Positions 24,964-38,637 of a stretch of DNA of 64,000 nt are shown here, in pieces (within the stretch, counting starts at the first letter, position 1; each line of letters opens with the position of its first letter). This DNA comes from Vicugna vicugna (Eukaryota), in the NCBI GenBank assembly GCA_013265495.1, contig MU058423.1:9347627-9411626 (forward strand). Reading direction: 5' to 3'. The notes under the pieces are model-generated. The model did not search any database. It worked only from the letters and a program-made list of their open reading frames with translations, and was not told where the DNA came from. Made by a program: the position numbers and the translations under genes.

Positions 24964-25994
24964 GTGAGTAAGAGAGTTTACAACTCTGTAACCAGTATTG
25001 AAGTAATAATTATCTGTATCGTTATTTTTATACCTATTGAACATTCACCTCTAGGGGAGGTTCGGTGTAGTCATGACACCACCTTATTGATGTAAGTGGT
25101 TGTTTTGCTTTCTGGTTTTTTTTTTTTTCTTCTTCTTCTAGCAGTATGTACTGAGCACCTAGCACAGGACCTGACACCTAGAAGATACTTAATAGACATT
25201 TGTTGAGTGAATGAATTATTGTGCTGCCTTCATGCTAATAAGAGCCACCAATGAATGCCTGAGTCTATATAATACAGGGAACAATACTATCTTTTTAGAT
25301 TTATTTCTATATTAGTATGAGCATATAAAAAAAAACAGTCCTTGAAATTTGGATGACTCTTTTTGCAGTGTTATAACTTGCATATTAGACTGTCAGAAAA
25401 ATAAGATCCTGAGTGCCCCTCAGTATTATGAAATTCAGAGGAATTAGAATAGTACTTGTGTCTTCATCTTGTGTGCAAGGGGGAAATGGGATGTCATGAA
25501 GCCACATGATGACTCTGGAGTGGTGTCGTAGGCATATATTTAAGGGGAGAACTGCTTTCCCGGCCTGTCTCTATCCTCTGCAGTGCTTTGCGCACAGGTC
25601 GCCAGTGCATGGTGGCACCACTTTGTGCCTGTGTGTGGTGCGGAATGTGAAGAAGAGGGTGTGACCCATGAAGAGCTGATGGTTGCTTAGGCAGACTCTG
25701 TATAGCTTCCCCACTACACATGCCTTTGGAAAAATTTTCAACGACCACTATGAAAATGTAGTAGTAGTATGTTCTCTATGTGTCAGAGAGTAGAAATCTG
25801 TGCAGTTTAGTCCCTGGATCTGGTGTTCCTGGCTGCTGTGAGTATGCCCAAAGAGCAGACAAGTAAGAGAAGAGAGAGAGCAGGAGACAGAGGAGAGAGA
25901 AAGAGTGAGCAGTAAATGTTCATTTAATGATGAGGTGGAGGAGAGTCATTAGAGCTTCGCCTCATACAGAGTTAGCAGCATTGTTAGGCACCCC

Positions 25995-26457
25995 CAAGCA
26001 TCCTCGTTTTATGGTGCTTTGCTTTATGGGGCTTCGCACGTACTGTGTTCTTTTACAGGTTGAAGGTCTGTGGTAATCCTGCATCGAGCAGGTCTCCGGG
26101 CGCCGTTTTTCCAACAGCATTTGCTCACTTTGTATCTCTGTGCCACATTTTGATAATTGTCACAATATTTCAGACTTTTTCATTTTTAATATATTAGTTA
26201 TGGTGATCTGTGATCAGTGGTCTTTGATGTCACTACTGTAATTTGCTGAAGGCTGAGATGATGGTTAGTATTTTTAGTGATAAGTTATTTTAAAATTAAG
26301 GTATATGTATTTTTTTTAGACATAATACTATTGCACACTTAATAGATTACAGTGTAGTGTTAACATAGCTTTTATATGCACTGGGATACCAAAAAATTCT
26401 GTGACTCACTTTATTGTGGTCTGGGTCCAGACCTGCCGTATCTCCAAAGTGTGCCTG
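25995..26457 (+). mobile_element. Internally deleted Tigger1-type DNA transposon
   Basis: Both ends match recalled Tigger1 (caagcatcctcgttttat... / ...tatctccaaagtgtgcctg). Confidence 0.85.
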
Positions 26458-26556
26458 TGTAAAGTTGTATGTGTCTAATTCATTCCTTTTTTTCCAATTT
26501 GACTGTGAAGGGCCACAATCGTGGTTCTGTCTGATCTCACTGGTACTGCATTTCAG

Positions 26557-26707
26557 AGCCACAGTCGTGGAGAAGTACAGAATCTACTGGGTGAAGATTC
26601 CTAGTCCTGTAATTTCACAGCCAAATGTACTTCCTTTTACAACACCCGAAGCTGCAGTAGAACCTATGCCAACAACATTACCTCCAGCTTCCCATTTAAC
26701 CAAATCA
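26557..26707 (+). CDS. FRRS1: FRRS1 coding exon 4 (end of reelin domain, Pro/Thr linker)
   Basis: tttcag| (L)ATVVEKYRIYWVKIP...ASHLTKS |gtaagt; 151 nt. Confidence 0.96.
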
Positions 26708-27239
26708 GTAAGTAACATTTTTACGGCTTTGCCAAGTGCAATCTAAAGGAACAGCTTCCTTGGAAATTGTGGTTCTATGCCTGGAAAAGAGGAGTAGCTG
26801 TCCTGGGTTGTGGTAGCAAGTTTTTGGATTTCTTTTGGGAAATTAGGAGGACGTCTCATTGCAACATTATGACTTACAGGTTGGAATAAAGGGAGTGCAA
26901 GACCCTGCATGTTCAAGGTGTGGTTATGACGTTTGCACATAGTCTGTCCTAGCAGTGCGGAGGTATTCATTTGGGAAAAAATCTGAAGCAGCAACTTTTT
27001 TGTTCTTCTTCTCCTCCTCCTCCTCCTTCTTCTTCATCATCACAGCCAAATATCAAACATGGAGAGGGAGCTTAAAGCTCAAGTTAAATTTAGACAAGGT
27101 TTAGAGGAGAATCTTGAAATGGTCGTATAACTCTTCGATCCTATTTCACTAAGGCCAGAGAGTACTGGGAGGTTCTACATGCTGAACCGCTGACCCACAG
27201 GAACTCTTTTGCAAGCTCACCAGCTAGAGTTCCATTTAG

Positions 27240-27383
27240 AGGTGGGGAGGATACAGCTCAATGGTACAGTTCGTGCTTAGCATGCACAAGGTCCTGGGTT
27301 CACGCCCCAGTACCTCCATTAAAAAAAAAAACTAAATGAATAAATAAACCTAATTACCTCCCCCCACCAAATAATCTCAAAAA
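27240..27383 (+). mobile_element. tRNA-derived SINE (camelid Vic-1-like)
   Basis: A box (cagctcaatggta), B box (gggttcacgcccc), tail aataaataaacctaattacctcc; 14-bp TSD agagttccatttag / agaattccatttag. Confidence 0.85.
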
Positions 27384-28246
27384 AGAATTCCATTTAGGCC
27401 CTCTGATTTAAAAAATTACGGTTAAAAAAACATATCTTAGAAAGGGTGATGCATATTAGAAATGTTAGAAAGGTTTTACTGAAGGTAATTCTGATAAATT
27501 AGACTTATTAATTCAGAAGTGAATATAATGAAAAATGTCTTTAATACAGTTGGAAGAACAAACGTGGGCCTGAATCCTGATCTGTCTACTTTCTGTTTGA
27601 CTTTGGACAAATTGCTCAATTCTCAAAGTCTCAGTTTATTCACCTATAAAATGAGAAATAATAATATCTAGCTCTTATATAATATCACTATGAGAATTAA
27701 ACAGTATAATGAACACAAGATTTCTAATTGCTTTGCACTTAATGGATATTCAGTAAGTATTAGTTCATCTTTTCTTTTCCTTCCCTTTCTTGTCTTTTTT
27801 ATAACTCTTTGTTCTCATAGGGAAGACTAAATAAAGTTCTTTTTACCCCTATACAAGATCTCATTTTGTTTTCCTTCTTTTCTATATTATACAATGTGCA
27901 AAGAGCCATTTGATTACATTATTATGAACTTTGGTTTGACCAAACAATTCGATCTATTCTTTGCACTCATTCTCAGTTTATTTAGTCTTGACATTTATTT
28001 ATTTAAAAGCTGCCTTGGGGAGAACACAGTCAGTTTGGACCTGAGATTCCCAGTAGGAATCTGTTGACAGGATTGGTATCTTTCCATATATTCACATAAA
28101 AAGCCAATCCCTCTTGTTGGAGCTTTTTATTGTATCTCTGGGCCAAGTTTATAATCTCTAGCTACAGAGGGGTTCATTCAGAGTGGCAGGATGATGGCAT
28201 TGGTAGAGAGCTAGAAGAGACCTCAGGGTCTGCTTCCTTCAGTTCC

Positions 28247-29166
28247 TGTTGCGTAGTTAAATGTAAGGAGACCCTGAGAGAATAAGTTCTTCAGCAAATG
28301 TGGTGGAGTAAAGGGGAGAACAGAGACCAAACCCCACATTTCCTAGCTCCTGGTGCCTTGTTCACTCCGTTCTACTATGATTTCTCTTCACGTTCCTGTG
28401 AAATAATAAGAAATATGTATGTCTTATTACTTATATTTGAATGTATATATGTCAAAATCCCTCAGAGTTTCCTGGATAATGGGAGCATCTTTGGTTCTAA
28501 TGAGGTGACTCTTGGTGGGCTGCTGTATGGAGGCTGGTCACCAGAAAGACCAAGCCATGATTAGAAGCTTGCAGCTTTCAGCCCCATTCTCCATTTTCCA
28601 GAGAAGAGAGGCTGAAAATTGAGCTACTCATCCATCAGGACTATGTGATGGAGCCTCCAAAAAAATTCCTAAAGTGTGGGGTTCAGAGAGCTGCTAGGTT
28701 GCTGACCACGTGGAGGTGCTGGGAGGGTGGTCCCTCAGAGATGCTCGATGTCCCTTCCTGCATACCTTGCTCTAGGCATCTCTTCCACCTGGCCATTCTT
28801 GGGTTGCTATCCTTTTTTAATAAACTGATAATCTAGTAAGTAAGCTATTTTCCTGAGTTCTGTGAGCCATCTTGGTAAATTAACCCAAGGTAGTGGTCAT
28901 GGGAGCCTCCAATATGTGGCCGACCATTCAGAAGTACAGGTGACAACACGGGACTTGTGACTGGCATCTAAAGAGGGGACAGTCTTGTGGGACTTTTGGG
29001 GTCTGACACCAACTTCAAGTAGATAGTGTCAGAACAGAATTGAATTATAGGGCACCCAGTTGGCATCTACAGAGAATTACAGAATTGCTTAGTGTGGGAA
29101 AAACCGACACACATTTGGTGGCCAGAAGTATTGGTAGAGTAGAAGATATGAGAGTTTTTCTATACA
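28247..29166 (+). mobile_element. Solo LTR, MER21-like (ERVL class)
   Basis: TG...CA termini with perfect 5-bp TSD gttcc; ggctggtcaccagaaagaccaagccatgattaga motif. Confidence 0.85.
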
Positions 29167-29933
29167 GTTCCTGTTAAATCTAATTACTTAAATTAGTGTT
29201 TAGCTCTCTTCTCAAATACGCTGTCACAGCTCATTCTAACACAGGATGACTGCTTATTTGCTCTGTCAAATTGTAGAGCTGACATTTTTTAATACTCTTT
29301 TCCTTATTTGCCATAGCAAGAAGTCCTGAATTAAATCACTGTACATTGCTTTTGTTTCTCCCCTATGAAATTCTTATTGCCATTATTTGGAGTGGCGATA
29401 TATATGAGTCACCACCACTTTTTCCTCACGTTATTTTAATGTCAAATTTGAACCTGAATTCTAGAAGCAGAGTCCAGGATCTAAATATAAAAACTTGCTA
29501 AGTGTCTGTTTGTTTGCTTTTTAAAATTCCACCTCTGAAAACTAGAGGACACCCTTTAGGCAAGAATGTCAATGTGGACTTAAATATTCTGTGAGAAGTT
29601 TCTCAAAGTTTACCAGAAACTTTGCTCTAGAATGTAATTAGGGTGAAATATTTTGTGTATTAAAGGGATTTTAATTCTTGTGCATAATTACAGTCCAATT
29701 AATATTGTCTTCCAAATTTTAATTAAAATTAATTAAGTTTAAAAGTTCAAAACCTAACTACTGCTTTGATAATTTCTAATTTAGGATACGTCTTTGTTCC
29801 CTTATTTGAATTCTTATTATGAGAAGGTATTCTTGTTAAAACCCATGCTTCAAGGTAGCAGCTCTTCTGTCATTGGAAATAAATTGCCTGTTTGATAATT
29901 AAGACTTTTTCCCCACCTCTGTCATTTTTCTAG

Positions 29934-30116
29934 TTCAATACTTCAGATTGTGGGAACAAGAAATTCTGTATTAGGAGTCCTGAGAACTGCGACCCAGAGA
30001 AAGAGCTTGCCTGTGTCTTCTTGTCCTTCACACGCGATGACCAGTCAGTGATGGTTGAAATGAGTGGTCCCAGTAAAGGCTATCTATCCTTTGCGTTGTC
30101 TCATGACCAACGGATG
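29934..30116 (+). CDS. FRRS1: FRRS1 coding exon 5 (start of DOMON domain)
   Basis: ttctag| FNTSDCGNKKFCIRSPENCDPEKE...FALSHDQRM |gtttgt; 183 nt. Confidence 0.96.
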
Positions 30117-32880
30117 GTTTGTACCTCTCACTTACATACGTGGTAATGAAAGGAGAGTCGCTGGAGTGAGCTCTGATCAACAGCAGTTTAGCTGTTGGTT
30201 CCAGAGTCAAATTATCTCACTTAAGGGAGGGATGGGAAGGGACGGCAGAGAAATGAACTCAGAACGGATTCTAAGTCAAGCAGCTCTGAGCTGGCGATTA
30301 CATACCTCTAAGAGCAATGCTGTCCTAAGGAAAGCTGGAAAAATCATTTTATTTCCAGTGGCTTTGCCACTTTTTCTGTCTACCTCTGTGTGTCTATCTC
30401 TGTGATAAAACCAGAAGTGCGGTTATGAAAAAGTCGCTCTGCATAAACGCTCCTGTTGTCTGTGATGCTTCCCAACCTCTCGCTTTCTCCTTGGCCAGTA
30501 ACTGCAGCCTGGGTTGCTGTGCCTGTTGCCCCTGTTCTGGTAGTCACTGGCACGTTTCCCAGACAGAGACTTAGAGCTGGCGTGTCTGGGCACCAGTGGG
30601 TGCTTTACCAGTAGGCTCACTTGTCAGGTCTACAGCAGGCAGCATTTGTTTTCACCTGATTCTTGCTCTCTGTGGGTAGTGCTGAATGGATTAAAAGGGT
30701 CTGTAGGTGGCAGCCTTGTGCCGTGGTGTGGAATTGCAGAGTGCTGCGTTAGCATTCTGACATCCCAGGGAGGAGGAAGAAGGGTATGACGGGCCAGGAC
30801 ATGTGTCAGTCCCGTTCAAGCAGAGCTGGCTGTGGAGGGGGTTGGCTCCAAACGGAGAAAGCCTCTTACTTCCACATCGGCAAATGCAAGGAGCCTTTCT
30901 TGAAAGTTTTCTTCCTGTCAAGTGTTAAACTTAACATCACTTTTTTACGAAATAATATTTAAAAAAAAAAAGGAGCCCTGAGATTCTGTGATAGAAAACA
31001 AATATTTTCCTTAAAGGTGCACGCTGATCACAGTGGTTCTTGTGGCTGAAAATACTGCAGGAAGCCAGGTGTAACTTTTGTAGAGGGAAGACATTGCAAT
31101 ATATGCTATGTCATGTGTGTTTTACCATTATAGCTCCTGAGTGCACTTCTTATCTTTTTTCACCCAACAAAGGGTATGTCTTAAACCTATGAGATAGAAG
31201 ATATGGCATAGGCCTCTAAAAATAACATAGAAGAAATTATGACTCTTTCCCTTTTAAGTTGCTTTTATGGGAAATTTTATACTTGTTCAAACGATATTGC
31301 AGTTGTTCAAAACACTTCCCCCATTTCCCTTTCGTAATTACCGTTAGACCTACAGCATATTCTTTCGCGTATTCTCGGTTCTGGCAAAAATGAACCAGGC
31401 TGGGTGCATTAGGTGCTTTAGGAGGCTAGGTTAAAAGTAAAATCTGACTATAAAGCAATAAGGAAAGAGGGTGGTGGTGCTTGTTCTGTGAATGGAACTG
31501 GCTATGAAGAAAATTCTGAAGACAACTCCAACAGGGATTAACAATGATAGTCTTGGAATAAGTGTGTAGTTTCCTTAAGATTCATCTCTAGAGTCCTCAT
31601 TTCGATTTGTGTTCTGGGCACTTGAGTAAAAAACATTCTAGTCACTTTATAGCCAAATTTCATGAAGTAGAATTACTAACAGATTTCCTTTTCTGGCCGC
31701 ATAAAATCTGTCAGAAGAGGAAAAGACACTTTTGTTGCAGTGGGTGTTGTGATGAGGAGCCTCTAAGTAGACCAGAGGTTTCTGTTCTAAGTTGTAGGCG
31801 TTGATGGCACAAAAGCGTTTATCTCTGATTCAAGATATATTTATCTTACATAGAAATCTTACATTTATCATATAGTACTCATCATTATAAAAAAAGACTT
31901 AATCATGCAGGTGCTGTTGATTTACAGAGCAAGCCTATTTAATGATTAAAATCATCTGTACACCTGTTTGCCTAAATTGGGGGAAATAAATCATCAACAA
32001 TATTTTTAAAGTAGTTATTTCTATTGATTATTTTTAAATTTTTTGGGTATTTTTATGACCTGCTATTTCTTACCAGTACACATTGTAAATTTAAACTCTG
32101 AATGTATCTGATGTTGTGAATACTGATTAGATAACCCGAGTTATACCTTTTTTCAACTTGGTTTGTGAATTAGTGCTAGCAGTTGTTTTGATTAGACCGC
32201 ATCACTAACATTGATGAAAGGACAACTTTCCATGTATTTGCTAACAACGACTTGTTAATATCTGAACTTTAACTGAATTTCAAAGTGTGTATATCTTCTT
32301 CATCTCAGCCACTTTGTTAAATGAGATAAAGTATACAAGTGTACACACTATACTTGCTTCTGTTCTCTGCCTTCCCCTGCCTGTTTTGTTCTGTACACAA
32401 CTTCTCAGTGCTCAAATTCCAGAGTGATCCCAGTCCTGACCTCCCTTGTGTGTGTCCAGATGGGGATTTCCAGCTGCTAAGCTGCTCTCTTCCAGAGTCG
32501 TGCTCCGGGCCACACAACCATCATCTATAAAACTGACTTTGTTATCTTCCCTCGTGATGCGCTCTTGGACTCCCCATTCTGAGGGATCGACAGCAGCAAT
32601 AAAAAAGCAACTACCATTCTTGATTCCTTGCTGCTTTTCAGACACCGTCCTGGGCCGTTTGTGGACTGTCTCCCTCATTGCTGCCGCTGTCTTCTCTGGT
32701 CTTCAAGAAAACTTTAGTTGTGACTCAGATTCTTCTCTTTTATTCACCTCTGAAGTTCTTCTTCCTCTCCCCCACCCCAGCTTTTTGTTTTGCAAAGTTT
32801 TAAACCTACATGAACGTCTAGTACAACAAACTCGGGTAAGCCCTTAAGCATTCTAGAAAACACACATTGTTTATTTAAAT

Positions 32881-33211
32881 CTGAGATCAGCCAGCCTTTT
32901 CTGTAGCAGCTCAGAGAGCGACCACTTCAGGATTTGTGGGCCACATGGTCACTGTTGCAGCCACTCACCTCTGTTGTTGCAGAACTAAAGCAGCCACAGA
33001 CTGTCCATAGATTAGGTGTGGCTGTATTCCAATACAACTTTATTTATAGACACTGAAACTTGGATTTAATGAATTTTTACTTGTCATGAAATAGCATTCT
33101 TCCAATTTTTAAAAGCCACATAGATATGTAAACACCATCCTCAGTCTGTGGCCTGTGCAGAAATAGCACCGTGCTGAAGTTGGTCTGTGTGTCATAGTGT
33201 GTAGTCTCCTG
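32881..33211. mobile_element. MER58B-like hAT-Charlie element
   Basis: tgtgggccacatggtcactgttgcagccactca...gtgtggctgtattccaatacaactttattta. Confidence 0.75.
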
Positions 33212-34270
33212 GCTTCAGTCATGATGACAGCAAATTCCTTATCTTGAGCAGCGCTAGTTCTGATTTGAATATAAGATGTGTAGCACTGAATAACTGCTTT
33301 GCTAAGGTTGTGTGCTTGCGAGTTCTCAAAAATGGAACTTTAAAAAATAAAACTTTAAAACATGTTAGAATGTCATATTGGTATTGGTAGCAAAATTTAT
33401 TATAGTTGGTTAGTCTTAGATCTTGTTTAAGGAGTTTAGTGACTAAAGCACATATAAGACCTTGTTACATAGTTTATGGATAATGTTTTAGAATAAGTGA
33501 AAGAACCCAAACTATATACAGTCACTTAACATCCAGACTATTTATTGGCGCCATCACTTAAATGTGCTTTAAAGTTGCGATGCCATCTGCCCTCTGATAC
33601 TCATTTAAATAAGATTTCATATTTGGAGTTAAGAAGTGTTGGAGACTAAAGGATAGACAAGAATTAGACTGACAAGGAATGCCCTTTTGCGGTCAGACAT
33701 TTTGTCCTCAATATGTAATAGTAAATCTGTTAATTGTGTGCAATATTAGCAATATTCGATGACAGTATTTTCCATCTTAAAAGTTACCCCCAAAACCCAA
33801 TATAATGCAGAGCACTTATAGTTATAAAATTTTGTAGGACACGTTTACTTAATTAAATAAATATTCAAAACAATGTTTGTGATAAGTTCAGTGAAAAAAG
33901 GTAACAAACTGTATATTTTCCCATTTGGGAAGAAAAACAGGTACAAATATAAATAGGTTTGGATGAATATATACAAAAGCATTGACAGTGATGTTCAACT
34001 GGTGATGGGTTATGGGCTGTAACCATGTTACATATCTGTTTTAATCTGTTTTCACACCAAAATTGTATTGCTTTGCATTATAACAAAATCATTTTTAATT
34101 AATATATGGGACAGCCAGTTCTCTTGAATTCATAATACCATTTAAGATTGACTCATTAAGTTATGATTTAAAAGCATCAAATACTATTTGATTTCATTAG
34201 AGATTCTTTTTTTTTTTAAACAAAGTGTTGAAATTCCCTTGAACTTTTCTCATTTGCAATTGTTTTTCAG

Positions 34271-34369
34271 GGTGATGATGATGCTTATATGTGCATTCGT
34301 GAAGACCAGACTGTGCGCATACAACCTGCCCATTTGGTGGGGCGAAGTCACCCTGTAATGGACCCCAGG
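34271..34369 (+). CDS. FRRS1: FRRS1 coding exon 6 (DOMON)
   Basis: tttcag| GDDDAYMCIREDQTVRIQPAHLVGRSHPVMDPR |gtaggt; 99 nt. Confidence 0.96.
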
Positions 34370-34550
34370 GTAGGTGTGAAGATTCTGGGAACCTCCACCT
34401 GGCCAGCCCACCGTCTGGCTGTGTTGCTGACTGTGGCCTGCCTGGCTGTGCTGCAAGATAGCTTCCGACCTGCAGTTAGCCTGGCATCAGAGCTCCTCTC
34501 TTACAATAATCAGGGAGAAACCTTTCTGCATTTTACTTATTTTTGCTACA

Positions 34551-34770
34551 TATACTTTTTAAAAAATAAAAATTGTATATGTTTAAGATATACAGCATGA
34601 TGTTTTGATATCCTTCTACATAGTGAGGTGGTTACTAGAGTCGAACTAATAAATACATCCATTGCCTCACAGTTAGTCTTTGTGTGTGTGATAAGAGCAC
34701 CTGAGAGCTACCCTTTTGGCAGATTTTCAGTATACAATACAGTATTATTAACTCCAGTCACCATGCCCCT
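34551..34770 (-). mobile_element. Old L1M 3'-end fragment
   Basis: aattgtatatgtttaagatatacagc...cagtatacaatacagtattattaact. Confidence 0.65.
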
Positions 34771-35566
34771 TTTCTTTGCCCCCTTTCTCTTCCTTTTCTT
34801 TCTTAAGAAAGCACAAGACAAATTTCTCTTTTAGGAAAAGATGCATTCTTGCTTGTGTCACTTAAATCCCTTTTGTTTGCATCTTATAAAAAAATATGTT
34901 ACGGTTTGTCAAAAGCGTTAGAGCATCAGCGCCTTTACAAAAGCTTACAGGCGGATTTTTAAGAAGAGGCTCATGTTAGTGACACAGAATTTCCTGACTG
35001 GTGCAAGAAAGAGGTGCACATATAGTAGAGACTGGTTCAGTGTCTTGGGCAATTGTCTTAAGTGCCTGTTGTTGGCACCTGTGCCCAAAGGTGGCTTCTT
35101 TCTAGAGAAGTGTCATTTTCACAAGACAATTGACAAGCAAATGAGCTGTGACAAAGCCGTGGCTAGCACCTCATGGCATGCTGCGTTCTCTGCATGGCTT
35201 TCTCATGGGCTTGGAACTTCTCCCCAGTTGCGTGTTGCATTTTGGCCACTGGGATATTACTTGCTAATTGTTTCTTCAGTGTTTTTGATTGTGTGTTAGT
35301 GGCCAGATGGAGTTAGTACATTTGCCAAAGTTTCTAACTTAGATAGTAAAAACACTATTTTTGCCAAGTGGGATTAAGACAAATAAACTGGGAGAATGTG
35401 TTTCTTGTACTCTTCAAAGAGGAAGTAGGGAAACAATGACACTGCAGACAATAAGTGCACAGAGGATCTAAGGGAAAGGAAATTGAACAGGTCAGGATTT
35501 TGATCATATCTTATTTTTAGCAAATTTTTGGAAAGTGCTGAGAAGACCCATTGTATGTGTTGGCAG

Positions 35567-35714
35567 GATCCCCTTGAGGATATGGCTTGGAGGCTGATGG
35601 ATGGTGTTATGCAGTGCTCTTTCAGAAGGAATATTACCCTTCCTGGGGTTAAGAATAGATTTGATCTAAATGCAAGCTACTACATATTTCTAGCTGATGG
35701 TGCAGCTGCTGATG
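35567..35714 (+). CDS. FRRS1: FRRS1 coding exon 7 (DOMON)
   Basis: ggcag| DPLEDMAWRLMDGVMQCSFRRNITLPG...LADGAAAD G|gtaagt; 148 nt. Confidence 0.96.
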
Positions 35715-36536
35715 GTAAGTATATTGACTAAAAAACTATTTTTTGTTTTTTTCTCTCACTTTTTCCCTTTCCCTCCTTTTTTGGGGAGACTCCTGTAATT
35801 GTTCTTTTGAAAGATACACATTTGTGGGTAAAAAGAGTTTTCAAACCCTTTTCCATTTTTGTCTGACAGTTTGACTTTGGCCGACCTTCTAGCTTTTTCC
35901 CTTGAAACTAGGTAAAGGTAGCGTCAACTATGTTATAAGGCAACATACTTATGGTGAAAGTGACTTTTGGCTGGCAACATGTATTTGAACTAGGAAAAAA
36001 TACTTGGTAAGAATCCATAACTTTGCGCTTCCCTGAGTGTAGGGACATTGGCAGATTCCTTGGAGGGACACTAGATGCAGGACTTTGGGATTATTGCTAG
36101 AGAATTGGCTGTTGTGGATGACCTGCCCAAAATGAATCTCATGTCCTTGGACCTGAGCTTTCTCCAGGAAGATGGAGAGAGTTAAAGAGAATAGCTCCTG
36201 GACATCTTCGTAAACTTCTACAGGACCTCCCATTGAAAAAGAATGCCTCATGGTGCCCTGCAGGTGTGCTGTATTTCCTGTCCCACATTCTTCTAAGTGA
36301 TTCTAATGCCAAGTGTAGCCTAAGGTAACTTTATGAGTTTGAATGTTTAGTTTATCCTTAAGAATGCCCTGGTAGGTACTGAAGTACATAAGAATTAGAT
36401 TTTGTTTAAGGTCTTGGCTGATGATATTGTGAAAAACAGCAGGAATGCCAAGGTAGTGTAGTATTTAGTGACTCATCTCCCTGGAGATATTACTACCCTC
36501 AAACTTTGAGCATATGGCCTACTTTGAAAATGGTGA

Positions 36537-36546
36537 TATGAAAAAG

Positions 36547-36581
<35 letters not shown>

Positions 36582-36674
36582 GACTGAATCACTATGCTGT
36601 GCACCAGAAGCTAACACAGCATTGTAAATCAACTATACTTCAATAAAGAGCCCCCGTCCCTGCAAAAAAAGAAA
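36537..36674 (+). mobile_element. L1 3' tail fragment with (TA)n
   Basis: tgactgaatcactatgctgt...gtaaatcaactatacttcaataaa. Confidence 0.75.
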
Positions 36675-37887
36675 ATGATGAGAAGCTGGGCATATAGAAT
36701 GGAGGGGATGGGTGGAGTAAAGGAGGACGAGGAACAGAAGCGTGGTGGAGGCAGAACTGTAAAAAGCCTTGCCTCCTCTGTCATGTGGTTTAGATTTTAT
36801 ACTACAGGTGAAGTAGAGATTCAAAAGGTTTTAAAGCAAGATAAAATACCTACCCAGTGTCAGAGAAAAGTTAGGAGTCTTTGCAGATTTAGTTGTGGGT
36901 GATAGGTTTGGTTATTGGTAAATTCACATATTCCTACTTTCAGCCGCAAATTAGCTTGAAAATCACTCCTTGGTTAAATGATAATAATAAATAAAAATTA
37001 CTCAGTGCTTAATGAGTGCTAGTTGCTGGCTCAGCACTTTTATCAAGTTCTTCATTTTCAGCTTCATGGAAGCCGACACTAGGTATGTACTATTATTATC
37101 CCTGTTTTATCTGGGAGGAAGCAGGCTTACAGAGGTTAAGTCATTTGCCCAGATAAACAAATGTTGGAGTTGGAAAACTCTTTGACCTCAGAGCCCAAGT
37201 ATTCAATACTTTTGAACATGGAAAATGTAGCTCTTTGCTGTTAATTTTTAGTTTGTTTCATTTTAGAAAAATAACGTAACCTGTGTCCTATATAAATGTT
37301 TCTTCTTGGAAATTATTAATATTTATTTGTTTGGGACAAAGATTGATATATAATTCACATCAAATTTCTTAATTATTTTATTCTTTGTGACACTTGCATT
37401 GTATTCTAAAAGTAATGTATTTTCTGTAATTTACTTACTTACTCTCTTAATGACGGACATTTGGCTTGTTTAAATTTTTTTTGGCCAGCATAGAAAAAGT
37501 TTCTAGGAGTATTCTTGTACATGTATCTTTAGTTAAAAGGTGAATAGTTTTGTAGGATAGATTCCCAGAATGAACACAAACACATACATACCCACATACA
37601 CAAAATAATTGGAATAGTTCTATACATTCAAAGATTTAATTTGATACATAATAAGTATTATTATATCATATATTAATACTAAACATAATATTTTTATTAT
37701 ATTAATACATTTTATGTATTTTACTAGGTATTGTTGTATTATCAATATACAATATTACATATGTCATCTCTGTTGAAATTTATTTACTTTTTATTACCTT
37801 AAGAAATTTTGTTTCCATGCCATGCCATTGTCTCTACCTTCCTTCTCTCCTGAGGAAGTAATTTGTCTTTTTTTTTTTGAATTTTAG

Positions 37888-38001
37888 GGCGAATTCATAA
37901 GCATTCTCAGCAACCTTTGATTACGTATGAAAAATACAATGTGACAGGCTATCCACAGAACGTAGGAGGATCTCATTCTTTACTCCTTCTGAAGGCTCAT
38001 G
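37888..38001 (+). CDS. FRRS1: FRRS1 coding exon 8 (DOMON end, first cytochrome b561 His)
   Basis: ttttag| (G)RIHKHSQQPLITYEKYNVTG...LLLLKAH G|gtaagt; 114 nt. Confidence 0.96.
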
Positions 38002-38637
38002 GTAAGTTACATGTGTAGTATTATTACTACTTTGTGGAATAAACTAAATTTTGTGGAATAAGTTTTGTGTGGGCTAGATTAAGAATGGTAGCAGGCATAA
38101 TTTAGCAAATGTTCACAAATCTTCCATGTTTGAACATTAACATTTTCAAGTAACATTATCTATCTTAATGTCTGCTAATTTTTATTAAAAAGATAGATAG
38201 GAATAATTCAGTGAATTTTAACCCTACCTGCACATTAAAATCACCAATGAAGCTTTTAAGACATCTGTAATTTTTAAAAAGTATGCTAGTCATTTCTTAC
38301 TGTAGGCAGGATTGAGTATCATTGGGCTAATTATTTTAACTTTTATGAGACTTTGGTTGTGCCATTTATTCAAATAAATGTTAATAAAAGAGGGGCTTGT
38401 GATTGTGATTGTTTAATTATAACAGTAGTTTGATTCCAAAGATACACTTTTTTTTTGTTGAAGAACTGATCAGTGTACAAGCATTTGAGTGTATACGAAG
38501 TACTCAGTGCTATAGTTAGGTATTACATTCTGAAAATGATGAAAAGAACCAAGTTGGAAGAGCAGCAGCCTAGAAATAAGGCTCTCATTTGCTCTAGTTC
38601 TACAAGTGAAAGCTGATTGCATTTGAAAAGTAGTCCA

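Noticed and set aside
27245..27316. tRNA-like sequence
   Set aside because: It is the head of a SINE with an A-rich tail and TSD, not a tRNA gene.
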